Source of the DNA: Tubulanus polymorphus | Taxonomy: Eukaryota; Animalia; Nemertea | Assembly: GCF_964204645.1 (NCBI RefSeq) | Contig: NC_134025.1 | Coordinates: forward strand, 10,540,001-10,604,000 | Length of the DNA: 64,000 nucleotides | Direction: 5' to 3' | In this document: positions 25,301 to 38,200 of the stretch, one piece after another | Numbering within the stretch: the stretch's first letter is position 1 | Layout of the letters: every line of letters starts with the position of its first letter | Notes under the pieces: model-generated | Seen by the model: only the letters and a program-made list of their open reading frames with translations | What the model was told of the DNA's origin: nothing | Databases searched by the model: none | Program-made: the position numbers and the translations under genes

Positions 25301-26417
25301 CCATTTTACAAACCCCAGAAGTCACTGTTTTATTTACTGTACCTTTCGCCAAATTTTATATCTCTCAGTTGTAATACATGTACGTTTTTTTTTTGCAACA
25401 GGAATTTAGATAAAACTGGTAATTACCAGACGCCTTCGTGGTTAGAGAAAGTTGTAATATTCGGTGTGAAACAGACACCGAGAAAAATTGCTTTATCTGG
25501 TCCATGTAAGTACCGGTATAGATTGGGGAATGAGCTTTCGCTTAACCTCTTCGCTACCATAGGTAATGTAACGCCCCTCACCAGAGCATTTTCCCATATT
25601 CATATTTATTTTCAATTCAGTTCAGTATTTGAGGCACTAATTCGCCATCTATGAGCAAATAGTGTAACTAAATTGAAGCAGACGATCATTTAGTACGTCT
25701 ATACACCAGCGGCGTAGTGAATCACCACACCAGCAATTGTAGTAAATGAATATATTTGCGACGTAAATATACATCGCGCATGGTGAGAGAAGGTCATTAT
25801 TTGCGACGTAAATATACGTCACGCATGGTAGTGAAGAGCTTAAAGGAGTGGTGCTTGGGAGAGTAGAGTCTCTAACTTGGTGCCAAGCTTGGCAAACCTG
25901 CGTCCAGTTATTAACCCTTTCAGTGCTGACTAATTAATACCCGAAAGTGTTACAGATACCGGTAATTTGAAAATATTTAGAAATTCCACCCCAGTGTGTT
26001 GAATAACAGACATACCGCATCTACAGCGACCGCATTAGTGCATCGATTTCACTGTTTGACAGGTGCTGCCATCTTTCTTATAGAAATAAAAACTAATTGA
26101 TAATATTAATACACTGCAGTGCAGTGTACTAGCAATGCATCGCTGATTTATACATCACACTGTGGGGTGGATGCACTGAAAGGGTTCAACACAGGGGTTA
26201 CCTCAATTCATACCTCTATATTTTTCTAAGAAATTCCACTTCTGATTACTGAATTTTCACAATGTTATTCGCATTTATATTCTTCCATGTGTTTTTCCTT
26301 TCAGCCATAAAAACGGCAAGAGATTTAGAGTTTAACTACAGCGCTGAGCGGCAAGTTCTCGTCATTCGAAAGCCCGACGTGAATATCGCAGGAGATTTTT
26401 CGATCGTTCTCAGATAA
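13303..26417 (+). CDS. GANAB: Neutral alpha-glucosidase AB / glucosidase II alpha subunit (GH31), 935 aa
   Basis: Exons 13303-13409, 13861-14103, 14682-14849, 15588-15633, 17220-17340, 17503-17599, 17714-17815, 17950-18028, 18374-18547, 20904-20965, 21059-21136, 21310-21512, 21976-22199, 22678-22774, 23301-23461, 23825-24074, 24402-24478, 24593-24667, 24972-25085, 25167-25279, 25402-25505, 26305-26417; 2808 nt in frame. Signal peptide then [15 protein letters not shown]; [13 protein letters not shown]; YHQCRWNY; WLDIEH; catalytic [10 protein letters not shown] and WTGDN; FFRAHAH. Alternative start ATG at 13240. Confidence 0.97.
15744..15967 (+). mobile_element. Short Helentron-associated (HINE/DINE-1-like) non-autonomous element
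   Basis: T-run start, sub-terminal inverted repeat gctccgctg / cagcggagc, 3' hairpin agcc-gaca-ggct, ends cttgttt. Confidence 0.55.
18042..18297 (+). mobile_element. CAGGGTGGCCAC-family MITE copy in GANAB intron
   Basis: cagggtagccactaacctggaaaagtcaggg ... ggaaagtggccactatg; colinear with copies at 23527 and (reverse) 32008-32211. Confidence 0.75.
18999..19456 (+). mobile_element. Penelope-like retroelement 3' remnant (GIY-YIG C-terminal fragment plus inverted pLTR) nested in the HINE
   Basis: 14-bp TSD tcagaatcaagatg at 18985-18998 and 19457-19470; 19261-19422 reads [40 protein letters not shown], the Penelope endonuclease tail pattern (WFERGVxE...PxLNxDxG...LPxVW); ~19160-19260 is an inverted copy of ~19332-19421. 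Confidence 0.85.
19880..20625 (+). repeat. Five tandem ~154-bp units inside the HINE
   Basis: accaggggg(c/a)-type anchor at 19985, 20140, 20294, 20448, 20602 (spacing 155,154,154,154). Confidence 0.9.
24155..24271. mobile_element. Degenerate foldback element related to 3621-3845 and 12577-12731
   Basis: caagaaaaatcacacaataattcagccaaagat pairs with atctttggctgaattattgtaggctttctcttg. Confidence 0.55.
25542..25843. mobile_element. TTAA-flanked MITE (piggyBac-like ends)
   Basis: ttaa-cctcttcgctaccat ... atggtagtgaagagc-ttaa; internal sub-terminal duplication tttgcgacgtaaatatac. Confidence 0.6.
25911..26188. mobile_element. Second piggyBac-like MITE
   Basis: ttaa-ccctttcagtgc ... gcactgaaaggg-ttca. 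Confidence 0.65.
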
Positions 26418-26917
26418 GCACGTTCATCAACGAAAATCTACTTAGGTACGCCGTGTCGGATCAAATGTGCTCAGATTATCCTTCGTTTCATTCGTCTATT
26501 TATATACCTTATTATATACCCCTCCCAATTTAATTTATTACGTATTTTTGAAATGATTCAGATAAAGACTGTTCGAGAAATCTTTTTGCGATTTTTATTT
26601 GCCATTAAGAACTGCTTTTCTATGATGAAGTTTTTTTCGGCTTTGAGAGTGATCTAGTTCCGCAGTTATGAGTTAAAATTTGATTGTACGGTCAAATCAT
26701 CGGAAATGGATTACGGTAAAGGGTGATTGTAAGTATATCAAGCCCATTCAAGTGGGTCTTTAGTGCATCTGAGAGTCGAGCAAGGTTTAATACATACCGG
26801 TACATCCAGATCCTACCTGGACAGGGTTTCTAACATTTTCAGATAACTAACCAAGGCAATTGTACAACAGGCAATCAGTTCGATTTTGCATATTATTTAT
26901 ATGGCAGTTGTGCAAAT

Positions 26918-27095
26918 CAGGGCGGATTTAGCTGGGGTATGTGCTCCTATTTTGGGAAAATCCTAATGTTCTCTCTCCAGTTAAGATTAGATCTACATTA
27001 AAATGCAAGTAATGCCTCCGTGACTAGCAATTTTTTGGTCCCTCTCTCAAGATGCACCTTCGTTTCACCGCGCCCCTTTTCTAGACCTGCCCCTG
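26918..27095. mobile_element. CAGGGGCGGATCTAG-type MITE in GANAB 3' region
   Basis: cagggcggatttag ... ctagacctgcccctg; relatives at 50030-52466 (outer element) and 60816-61178. Confidence 0.55.
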
Positions 27096-30000
27096 CTAGA
27101 AGCTTTGTCCCCAGCTTACTATGGCAGCATTCCCGATGTCATCAGGTTGGAACTTCTGCTAGGGGGAGATGATAGTACCGTACATTCATCATAACATAAT
27201 ACTATACATATCATCATGACGTACTAGACGTACCCTCTGATATGTTGCCGGTATCGGCAACTGTTCCTGCAAATCTATTGGTGCTTCAGGCTTTCAGTTC
27301 AGTTTCGTTTCTTTTTTGTATGTGCTTCGAATTCGCATTTTCATTTTTTCATCGCCAATGAACTACCATACATGGTGCGATGGGCAATGACAGTTTCTAT
27401 TATTAAACCTACTAATAATTCAAATCCTGTCATGCAGCACATTTACTTTAGTTCTTAAGGAGGAAGGTTTCAACTGGAAAAAGTGTCGTCTGATAAGTCC
27501 ATATATGTTTAAAACCTGGCTGGAAAACCTTCAAGACTTTTCATATACGTGAGCTAGCAAAGGTCACATTACTTGCATAATGCATATTCGCAGATACAGT
27601 AGACTGACTAAACCGGTACTGGTCTATCCGGTAATCCGTTCAATTCGGCAAAAAATAAATAGAATTTCCATTTGCAGCTGTTTTTCAATACATGTATTTC
27701 TCATAGTCCGGTATCACTGTATTCGTTAATCCGCTTTATGCGGTAACATTTTTACTTCATTTCTGTTCATTCCGTGCCTAAACTGGTAAACTGTAACGGC
27801 TTTCCACCAACAACAACAACACAACACTATTGATCTTCTATGTCTGTAGATTATTCATATTAGGCCTGTTACTTGCTTTGCGTGTCGTATAAATTGAATG
27901 ATTGTACTCATTGACCTGAATTGTAGTTTTCATGTAGGCGCGAGTGCATAATGAGTGAACTGAAGTATTTAAATGAGAAACTCCATACTATTGAAGGATG
28001 CGTATCTGAAATTTAAAACGTGTATTAAGGAGCAAAGCCTCGGTTATTTGCTACGGTCTATGATAATTGTATGAAATAAAAATATACCATTAATTTAGAT
28101 TGCCATTAGGTTCAATAAATCCATGATTTCATCCATTCGTTTTCCCAGTTCTTCGAACCAGTAACTGATTAATTTTGTTTTGAAAATAATGCGGGAACCA
28201 ACTGGACCAGTTTAGGCAGAGTCTACTGTAGTCATACTTATCGGTTTTAAGCAGTGATATATTTTTTATGGTAAAAAAAATACAATAGCTGCATCAATTC
28301 AAGTCGGATCCATGTTAGGTGATGATAAGAATTTAGTCGAACCCCATGAGTACGGAGTATTATAGCATCAGGAAAATGTTTCAAGAATAATGCCTGTCAA
28401 ACAGCTAATATAAGCTTTTAAGCAAGTACCGAGACATAAAAAAAGAAATCCTCTCAGACAGTGACCTAATATGCATGCTTATAAGATGTTTGTTTTTCCG
28501 AGACTGAAAAATGTTGTTTTAGAGGTTCGTTTTGTATTGTCAACCTATATTTTTCCTCTCCAGTTTGAATGTATACATGATATTCAATTAGGTAGTTTAC
28601 TGAAGGAAAAACCTTTCTATTTTCACCAGTACCGGTAGTTTATTCATTTTGGGTTAAACCGTTTAGATTAGGAAATCAAGCATTTACATGCACAGTTTAT
28701 TGTATTACATAAGTTAGTCTACATGGTTGCAACCGTATAACGTAAGATGTACGCAGTAAATTTCGATAAAATATCCAGATCCAGTTTCACTTTCTATTCA
28801 AAAATCAAGAATTCGAAAAGGATTCTATTCCACATTTGAATGAAATATTCACCGATGGCCTGATGGTGGTAAAAAGTAGTTTTAATAATCAGTTGCTACT
28901 AAGAAAAATAGCCCATTGCCAATAACAATATAAGACCTCTGTGTCAATCATGAATACTTCGTGTAAGTGGTTACTGTTCTAATTTATGTTGTCAATTATT
29001 CGTTTATTTTTGTCATTGTGCTGTGCACGGATAAGTTTTTGTTGTTGAAGGATACCCTTATCAACGGGCTGTACCGATTTATGTAGATATATCATGATAC
29101 AAGTTATTGCGCTAGAACATTTCCAAATTTTGCAGTATGTGAAATATGTGTACTTCCTCATTATCAGTCACAAAGATCACATTCAATGGTTTTCATTCTA
29201 ACACATGCTTTGTATTGCATGTAATGCGTTTCATCATAGGAACATGATAAACAACCAGATAAATTCTCAAAAACGTGCATAATGAAAGTTTAGAAAAGAA
29301 CAATGATTGCTTTTTGCAATGATTAAATATAAAAGGGTCGACGTGCATGTTTCATTGGAATGACGCCAGATGGGAATTCCCCTGGTTTTACTTGCGTATT
29401 TGAAATAAAAACTGGTTTACCTAGATATCCATGTCATTGAACAATGAAAGTACACTATTGTAAAGCTTTGTTACGTTTCTACAGATATATTCGAAATTTG
29501 TGTGCGTTATATAGTCTAACGCAATATGTATAGAGCGCTCTTAATTTTGAATCTATGCAACCTGAAGGGATGAAGAGGCTCCATTGGTATCTAACTTTGT
29601 TCGTAGTTTTCTTCTTATCAAATGTTGATTTGATTGCAAATTCTTTTCAATGTGAATAGATATTGTGTATTGGTGGTACGATATTTGAGGTTTGTCAGAA
29701 TCACTATCCTGTGGATACTTGAAATAAGTAAATAAATAAATGTCTTTTTTGTATCCATTTCAACTTATTTCATTTACTCTGAATGCAGTGTTGGAAATTC
29801 CTGCTTGGGGATTTTGATTCTTTGTCAATGAATTGAAAGAGATTTGTGCAAATTGATAAAGCTCGCTGGGTTTTCCACTGTTCTTGTATGACTTTCGATA
29901 TCAGGCTCTAATTATGATAGTTGTGGCCTCTATGTTCATAGTTACAACATTTTAAGGGAATATCAAATCTCTTATTTTTCTCATGATTTCCATAGTTGCT

Positions 30001-31797
30001 GCAAAGTCGAGTAACCCAAGACACTATGGTCAATGAGATGCAAAATTCTTCAGTCTGTCAAAACTGATTAATTTCTAAGTCCTTTGGTTCCTTCATTGAA
30101 GAATGTCAGTAATGTTACTAGTGCCTGGGAAACATCTGTCTGTTAAACAATAAGCGATCTCTCAAACTATCCTGGTTGCAAAAAGATAAGAGAAGTGGAT
30201 CCTTTCACCCTGAAACCCAAAATGGACTTGTGTAACATGTCTTTTCTTATCACATGTGGATACGAGAATATTTTTGGGTATGCTAAGTAAGGTTAAAATA
30301 CAAAGCAAGCACAAGTTCATTGAAGGATGCGTCTGGTTTAACCATGACGATATAAAACCAGCTTAATCCAGATCTGCCACATGAAGAGGATTTGCAATCC
30401 TGATTCTGTTATCAAACAAAATCTCATTGTTCCCAAATGGAAAGGATTAAGTGGGCTTTACTGCTACAGTCAAACTTGCCTCACTCATAGCAGAGACGAT
30501 CATTGTGATGATTTATACTTAGTGAATTGAATTGGAATTACAAATTGGGACTAGCAAAACACCGACGACTTAAAATGATTTAACACCATGACGACTTTAA
30601 TTGAGCTTCATGAAAAGAACAAGTAATAGAAAATTTCTTAAGCAGAAAATTACATATTTTATTGTGTTGAAATGTTGTAGCTTATGTACGCATTCAGTAA
30701 GAATACATCATACCGGTATATACATTTCTCAAGTTAAAACGACATCGAAACTAATACTTTACTCAATCGCTATATACAAGCCCAGTGGGCTGAAAATCGG
30801 GCTATTTTATCTACATGGGGTAGTCCGACAAAAACAATCATGTTCAACTCTTTGCCAGCCTAGTTAGTTGGTGGTGATTTGGTGACTCGCAGTTCTTACA
30901 GGTTTCCCAATTTCATTTTCCATAACCCTAAGTGAAACTAAAGAACAGGCAATGTAGTTCCATTCTAAGTAAAAGTAAGTGCCAATTATTAATACCATCG
31001 ACCAAGTGTCTTCATGAAGTTTTTTATCAAATGTGTGATAAGACATTTAGACATATAGCCTAAAATTCAAAACAGGACAATTGTATTTAGAAACCCTTTT
31101 CTGATTTTCATAGCCATAGAGAAAACAAGAGCAAAATTTCCATACAAAACATTACCATTTTCCAAATGCTTTCCAAAATCCGTAAGAACCCTGTGGTGTA
31201 TGCTAAAAGTGTGCACCGGTTCAAATCTACCCCTAAAGAACATGTTAAATTAATTATAAATTAGACTATCCTAGCTTCACTTGAAAGAACATAATCATCA
31301 ATTCGCCTATATTTACTTAGATGCAATAATACAAATATACACACTAAAAGTACATCTTTATTTCAGTAGGAAAACTGAAATTTAGTGTTTTACCCTGCAA
31401 ACCATATAAGAGTCAGCTAAATACTATTTCACAAGAACTTACAGTAGTGTGATATAGTAGTAAGTTCGGAGGCATTTACTCTTGCATTAAATACTCCCAA
31501 CAAGTGTATATCATTTCCGCTGCGTATTTAAACAAAATTCGTCCATGAATATTCAAAACAATATACTTTTATCTTTACAATACACAAAATATGGCATAGG
31601 GTAAACTTACAAGCAAACAAATACGCAAAATAAATGATGTACACAATAATAAAGGATGGGTGTTAGCGTTGCTTAGTGGGCGCACCTCGCGTCAGCTGAA
31701 TTCCATAGAGGGGGTACAGTGGTCAATAACAACTGCAATGCTCTGAAGCAGGCATTCGAAATCAATCACGATTACAATTGACGAATGTTTCGGTGGA

Positions 31798-34700
31798 TCA
31801 AGACGTCGTTGTGATCGGTTGCCCATTGATTACAAAATCGTCTTCCATCTGAAAAATAACCGCAGAATAGCGGTTGAAATTATGCCACAAGAACATCATG
31901 GTTTGACGTATGAATTACCAATTGATATTGGTTACAAAATATGCCTATATAGGTACTAATATCTACGGAAATACCATGTTATTCTGCTATTCATTGCCCC
32001 CCTGGTGAACATGGCCACTTTCTGCCCATTTACAAATCCCCAGAGTATTCGCTGAATCAGAGAAATTTCTAGGTTTAAAATGTTTCAATTCAATAATTTT
32101 TTCATTGAATCACGTAACATATGGTGAAATTTGCCACATTCCCTGAGTTTTCCCTGTGTTTTTTCTAGGTTTTTCTGATTCCCTGAATTTTCCAGGTCAG
32201 TGGCCACTCTGTAAGAGCTTAAAAATACTCGCAGTTATAGCTTTATTTATCTATACAAAATGATTAACAATCTTGCAACTTTATGCACTCGACGTGCAGA
32301 ACCTGTTTCATAGTTCAGGTGCCTGGATATCTCGATTGATATAAAACTGAAACATGTTATCTTCATTGATTGTGGGGATTCCCCTTGACACATCCTGGTG
32401 GAAAGGTCATACATCACACTTCCACGAAAGGTATTCATCGACGCGATAACAATTCATTCTCTCATGGTATTAGTAACCTTTGAAACATTTCACATATACT
32501 CAACGGATTTTCCAAAATGCCCATGATGAATTGTTTACCGGTTACCGTGTTCTAATCAATTATTCAAGCCTTTCTGGTTATTACTCTGGAAACCCCCTGT
32601 ATCAACATTATCACAATCAAACCACTAACCCTACAGAATGATAGTAGTTATAGTTAGTTAATAATAGGTAGTTATTTTAAGCCCACCAGGAACATTCTTT
32701 TTGTACATGTTCACCAAGGGCCATTGAATATTGATATTGTCAGTTTGTTGTGCATTTCAAACCATTTCCCAAGTGGGCATGGAGTCCTAGTTTATGCTAA
32801 AGCAAGGCATGAGCTAACCTCCATAATTTATGGCAATGCAGTGCCGGCAAAAATTGACAAGTCACTCGACTAGAAAAACTTAGCGCACTTTTGTCGTCTA
32901 CAAAATCAAATGAACTGACCCTAATTCCCAAACTGATTCCACATAAACTGAATAATGAAGAAACTAATTGTTTTTCATGAACAAATCTTCAGAAGTAATA
33001 ATAACACTCTAACTCACCTCTTCTTCTTCGGAACAGTCGTCGACTGGATAGAATTCCAGTTCCGATCGATCGACCGACATTTTGTTGATGAGAAATTCAG
33101 AGACATCGTTCAAACGTAATTCGACGGCCAGATTCAACGCGGTCATATTGCTGAACGTGACGGCTTCGACGTCCACCGGGTAGTTGTACACGTTCTCTAG
33201 AATGTCCGTATTGTGACTTTTCACGAGCAGATGAAGTATCGTTTCGCCGGTTTTGTCGCACTGTAATATACGGACATCGAAAACGAACGCGTCAGAAAAA
33301 TGGCTTTTTAATGAACGAATGCAAAACATAGACTGGAAATTATCAGATATTTGTAACGATACAGCCAAGTAAAATGAAAAGATTTTGAAAGTCGTGTTTG
33401 GTCCTTTTCTATACTGGTACATGAATACCCAGGTATTCTTCGTGACTCCGGTCATTTTCTATAAATGAATATTCTTTAGACAAGAGTTCAAATCAGCTGA
33501 AACCTTCATTTCTAATTCATTATCATCTTCTATACGGAAACTGCTAGACTTCAGCAGCAGCCAATCTTATTTTGATACTAGCTAAACTAGGCTGGTGAAC
33601 TCAACTATGAATATGTTATCATATCCAATGGACAAAATATTTTCATAGGGAAAACGCTTATGGTTTATAAATATCTGTGGGTCCGGTTCGACGTAAGAAA
33701 AATGTCTCACCTTCGCATTTATGTCAGCCCCGCAGTTATATAAATGTTCCATTACGTCGAAGTGGCCGTGAAGAACGGCTAGGTGAATAGGGGCGTAACC
33801 TACAAACGAAAATAATTACGGTAAATGTATCAATACGCTCCGAATGTCAGAAATCCAATATTCGAAATATTTTGAGATCAGATCGAAAATCTTTTATGTT
33901 CAACCCTACGCTACTAACCTTCGTAATTCTTTTTGTTTATAATTTTCGACAGCGCCTGAAACGCGTCGGTATCGATTTCTTCGTCGTCAATGACAATACG
34001 CGACGTCAGCGCTTTCACCGTTTCCAAATCGCCATTTTTGGCCGCGATGGCGAGTGCCATATCTCCGTGTCGGTCGGTCGGATGCGTGCTGGCCCCGGCT
34101 AATAGCAATTGCCACACGATGTGCGGTTGTTTCGTCAGCGCCGCTAAAATCAACGGCGTCTGCTGCAAAAAGTTCTGCACGTCGAGGTACGACGCGTTCA
34201 AAGCGAGACGGATTATTTGCACGACTGTGTCGTACAGACCAAGTAGTTCATCCCCCATACATTGAATTATCGCGATGTGTAGTTGCCTGCAAGAAAAATC
34301 TGTTGATTCAATACGAGGGATTGATAGAAATAAGGATTATAAGGGTTCGAACCCAGGAACAAGACCAGGGCCGTACTAAGCGGGAGGCAGTGGGATGCAG
34401 TGTTGACGCCAGAAATTTGGTAAAAGCGCCCTTCTCTTGTGCAAATGCTTGTACCCTTTTTAAAAACCTTATGAAATATCATCGTTATATCCAATAGAAA
34501 TTTAATGTAGAATACTCCTTCACTTCAAGCTAACAGGATTTTCTTATAGGCCTAAGAAGAATAGTTACGCTTTCACTTTCTAACATTCAATGCTAGGTAT
34601 GGCCCTGAAGACCAGAGGTCCAGTTGCTCAGAATTTGGTTATCTTTAACCAGTGGATAGTTGGCAAATTAACAATTAAAAGTTCATTGTTTCTAGGGTAC

Positions 34701-35390
34701 CGGTATTCATCTGGCGGTTATCTTCAACCAACTTCAAGCAACCAGCCCCCCTACCAACCACTTGACAGCCATACCCAAGAAATAAACGATTAATACGTAC
34801 GTATCTCCCTCAGCGTCTTGTTTATACAGATCAATCCTCTGTTGCGCTGTAAGATGAACTTGCTGCAGCATGCAGCCATCGCTGAAACCCTCATCACCAG
34901 GTAACTTATCCCTCGAATCCACGCAGCTCGATGAACTGCTTTCAAGCGATTCCTCCGACGCGCTCGGGGTCTTTTCGACTTCGACCACCGACATACCCTC
35001 GACGATTCCGCTCAGATTACCCGACTCGATTCCGGAATCGAGTGTTCGGCCGGCGAATTTCGGCGGCTTCAGTTCGTCGCGACTGTTCGATTCGTCGCCG
35101 TTGATGTTCATAGCGGACATTTTTTCGTGAAGAACGTCTTCTTCGTGACACGAACCGGAGTGGCTCGAACCGAAGCCAGAGTCGCTCGAGCGTGCGTTCA
35201 CTTTTTTGTCATCGTTCTGACGAAATAAAACGGAACTTTCACCGGATTCGAAATAACTCATATATTCCTTACTGAGCGGCCACGATTCTTTACTGTGATT
35301 ATTGTCGATATTTTTAAAGGTGTCGGCATCGGAGCGAGCGTTCGCCTGCAGGTCACTGTTCAGTATCCGTGACCTCTTCAACTCTGCCAT
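31798..35390 (-). CDS. IkB: NF-kappa-B inhibitor (IkB / cactus family), 446 aa
   Basis: Exons (minus): 35390-34801, 34286-33919, 33799-33711, 33260-33018, 31848-31798; 1341 nt in frame. DSGFGS and DSGIES degrons; QDAEGDTQLHIAII, QNFLQQTPL, NYEGYAPIHLAV, GADINAKCDKTGETILHL ankyrin repeats; acidic PEST and terminal EDDFVINGQ similar to IkB-alpha YDDCVFGGQ. Confidence 0.95.
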
Positions 35391-35438
35391 TTTTCTGGTA
35401 GAGAACGTAATCGATGATATCGTAGTCCAAGAGTATAC

Positions 35439-36210
35439 CTAATATCATAGTTATTTGTTAGTAAGCTTATAGAAAGGTTATAATCAAAATTTACCCCACC
35501 CCATTCTTGGCCTGACAACAAAAGGGCAATGGCGGGCAATGCCAACCAACGGCAACAAACAAACATGCCTTCTTCGAAAATTTGGATAATGAATGGAACT
35601 AAAAAATCCGGATGACACCGAGTGAGTCCAATTAAAAGGCTTAAAACCAAGACACAATAAGATGACTACAACCTACCTTCTTTGGGTTATGTGAAACTGT
35701 ACTTTTTCGGCAGCTTTTAATTCTAAACCTGCGTCCGTTACGTGGGCAGTTTTACTTTAATTTAGTTCTACGAATTGCCTCTGTTCTAAAAATAGATCGG
35801 GTTTTTCCGTCACGTGATAATTTATGCGATTTAACCCATATAGATCATCACGTGCCACAGCAGTGTCGTCGTATCAAAGGTGGCGCTCATTTCTGTATCG
35901 CGACAGCCGTTCGGCGCTAAAAAAATTATGAGCCCACATGATCGACAACCAAAATAACTTTTTATTGGATGAACTAATTTTTTTAGTATATCGAACCAAC
36001 CGCTCTCACTCAATGGGTCGAATTTTCATAATTTTGAAAAATATCTCAGCCAGCGTAATCGATGAAATGAAAGTAAAATCAAATTCTGTTAATAATTTTT
36101 TATTGCTTAATAACAACACGTGAATCGTATCAGTCATGTTCGAGAATGAATTTACGTGTTTCCCAAAACCATCCAAGATATTTCTAAGGGTCGGGAATTC
36201 CCGATTTCAA
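35439..36210 (-). promoter_or_regulatory. IkB 5'UTR intron, first exon and proximal promoter with kB sites and E-boxes
   Basis: Minus-strand donor gaag|gtaggt at 35676 and acceptor at 35439; GGGTTTTTCC 35799-35808, GTCACGTGAT 35809-35818, CACGTG ~35849, perfect GGGAATTCCC 36193-36202. Confidence 0.6.
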
Positions 36211-37379
36211 AATAAAGAAGCCGTCCACGTCTACAGGTTTTGTGAGGGAACACTCCAAATAAGTAAAATCAAATCAATCAATCAATCAATAACAAAAAAT
36301 CTGAGGCAACCATCTCTATTTCAAGTTTAAAATAAGAGCTTACTCTAGATAAAACGGACGGAAGAATGCGAAACCGCTATGTTGCAATTAGGATCGATCT
36401 CGCGGCACAAGTCCACTACTGAGTTCATTGGTAGTGTAAAAATATATTTTTTTTCAATGGGGAAACATTTTTTCAGGATATTGATATCTCGTGCGATAAC
36501 CTCATCGAGGATGGTACGTATTTCCTGCGTGTTACACACGGAACGGTATATGTCATACGGTCGTTTCTTTAACTTCAGAGACATGAGAATGTGGTGCAAC
36601 GACACGACCATAGATAGTGTAAGACGGTCTATTCAAACAGAAAAATACGCATTTCCATTAAAGACAGGAATGAAGTGTTCGGCTTTTGAATCATAGCATG
36701 GCGTTAGTCTTCGGTTATCCTCTAAAACTGACGATGAATAGTAGTTATATTTTTCAAAAATTCAACCATTTTTTCTCAATTAATAAATGCCCAAATCAGC
36801 TGAGGAAAAAATAAATTGTCAATTTATTTACTTTTGGCAGCTTTATGTAGCCTTACTGAGAAGGAACGCTGAAACCATTCAAATAGAAAAAGATATTTAT
36901 GGCTAGAAAATCTGATTTCTTGCTGTTTATCCGGCACAGTTAAACACACTTTTTTACCGCGGCGGGGTGAACGATCGAAAATTGGTCTTATCGGAAAACA
37001 TCAGGAAGGAAATGGCGGGTCGAGAGTGAAATAAATTTTGTTTGGCAGGTAGAGAAAATTAATGTTCCCCCAATCGCAGTCACTTCATTGTGAAAATCTT
37101 ATGACTCAAAGGACTACGCGTCTAATCACTGGTATATCTAAATTGCCGGGAATTCACGATGTTTTATCACCTTCGCCGTACATTTTCAACGTTATCAAGG
37201 TACTTCCACGCAAATGTCCATCAGTAATATGAAATTAATCGGGGCACCAACGAACTACGAGAAGGGTTTGCGGATATGAGTCACAAGCGCGATATGATTC
37301 TTTGGGGAGTTTATTTCGTTCTCCAAATCAATGGGAATATGAGTGCGATAGAAATTTGTTTGACAAATTTGTAAAAAGT

Positions 37380-37700
37380 GCTGTACTTTCCTCATTCGTC
37401 CATCATTCTTTTCAGCCATTTTAATCACGGATAATGATGATTGCTGACCAGATTTTAGTCTCGTTTGAAATCAAACAGTCAATTTTGTGAATAAGTATAT
37501 ATACTTATTGAAATCAAAACTATAGGGAATTATCAAGCGAATTTGATTTTTAGAAATATTGTACTTTGTTCGTTCGTCCGTCATTCCTTTTAGCCATTTT
37601 AATCGTGAATAATGAGGACTTCTGACGACGTTTTAGTAACGTTTGAAATCAAACAGTTAATCTTGTGAATAAATATTTTTTTTAAATCAGAACTAGGAAA
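37380..37700. repeat. Diverged tandem duplication, period ~179 bp
   Basis: gtacttt...ttcgtcc.tcattc.ttt.agccattttaatc...cgtttgaaatcaaacagt.aat.ttgtgaataa at ~37383 and ~37561. Confidence 0.8.
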
Positions 37701-37787
37701 TCACTATAATTCTATCTGCGCCGAATATCTGTAACGAAATAAGCTCTAGTTTGGTAGTCGTAGAAAACATTATATTGCTTAATTTTG

Positions 37788-38200
37788 TTGACGCCGAAAA
37801 AACCGTTACAACAATGTTTATACACATTGTTATTTAGTATGCGTTATCTTAAGGGTTCTGTGTGAGTCGATGTGAATTATGTCATCAATATTGGCCTTTC
37901 AAAATAAAAATTACAATAGTGAATTTTGGCAATTACTTTGTAATCAAATATATTTCATAACTCTTTTTTATTCTTGACAAATTTTAATAAACGTTTTTAG
38001 AGGATGTGTTCTACGTCATCAATATATCGGGGCTAGACTGGTTGCCGGTCAATTCAATTATCGATATACTCATATCCAAAATAACTTTATTGATGACAAT
38101 TGATCCTTGATATTACACAATTTATATAATATCATACATTGTCGACAATATTAAGCAAGTGTTAAGGCGTCAATAAACTTTCAAGTTGGTTTACTTGTTT
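37788..38200 (+). mobile_element. Dispersed repeat, copy 1 of 3 (TTGACGCC...GGCGTCAA family)
   Basis: Colinear similarity with 42615-43030 along the full length and with shorter 55248-55495; all end gcgtcaataaa.tttcaagtt. Confidence 0.8.

Noticed and set aside
34342-34356. GGTTCGAACCC B-box as tRNA or SINE
   Set aside because: No A-box or cloverleaf around it.
33872-35130. Plus-strand ORFs over IkB exons
   Set aside because: Antisense shadows of GC-rich coding exons.
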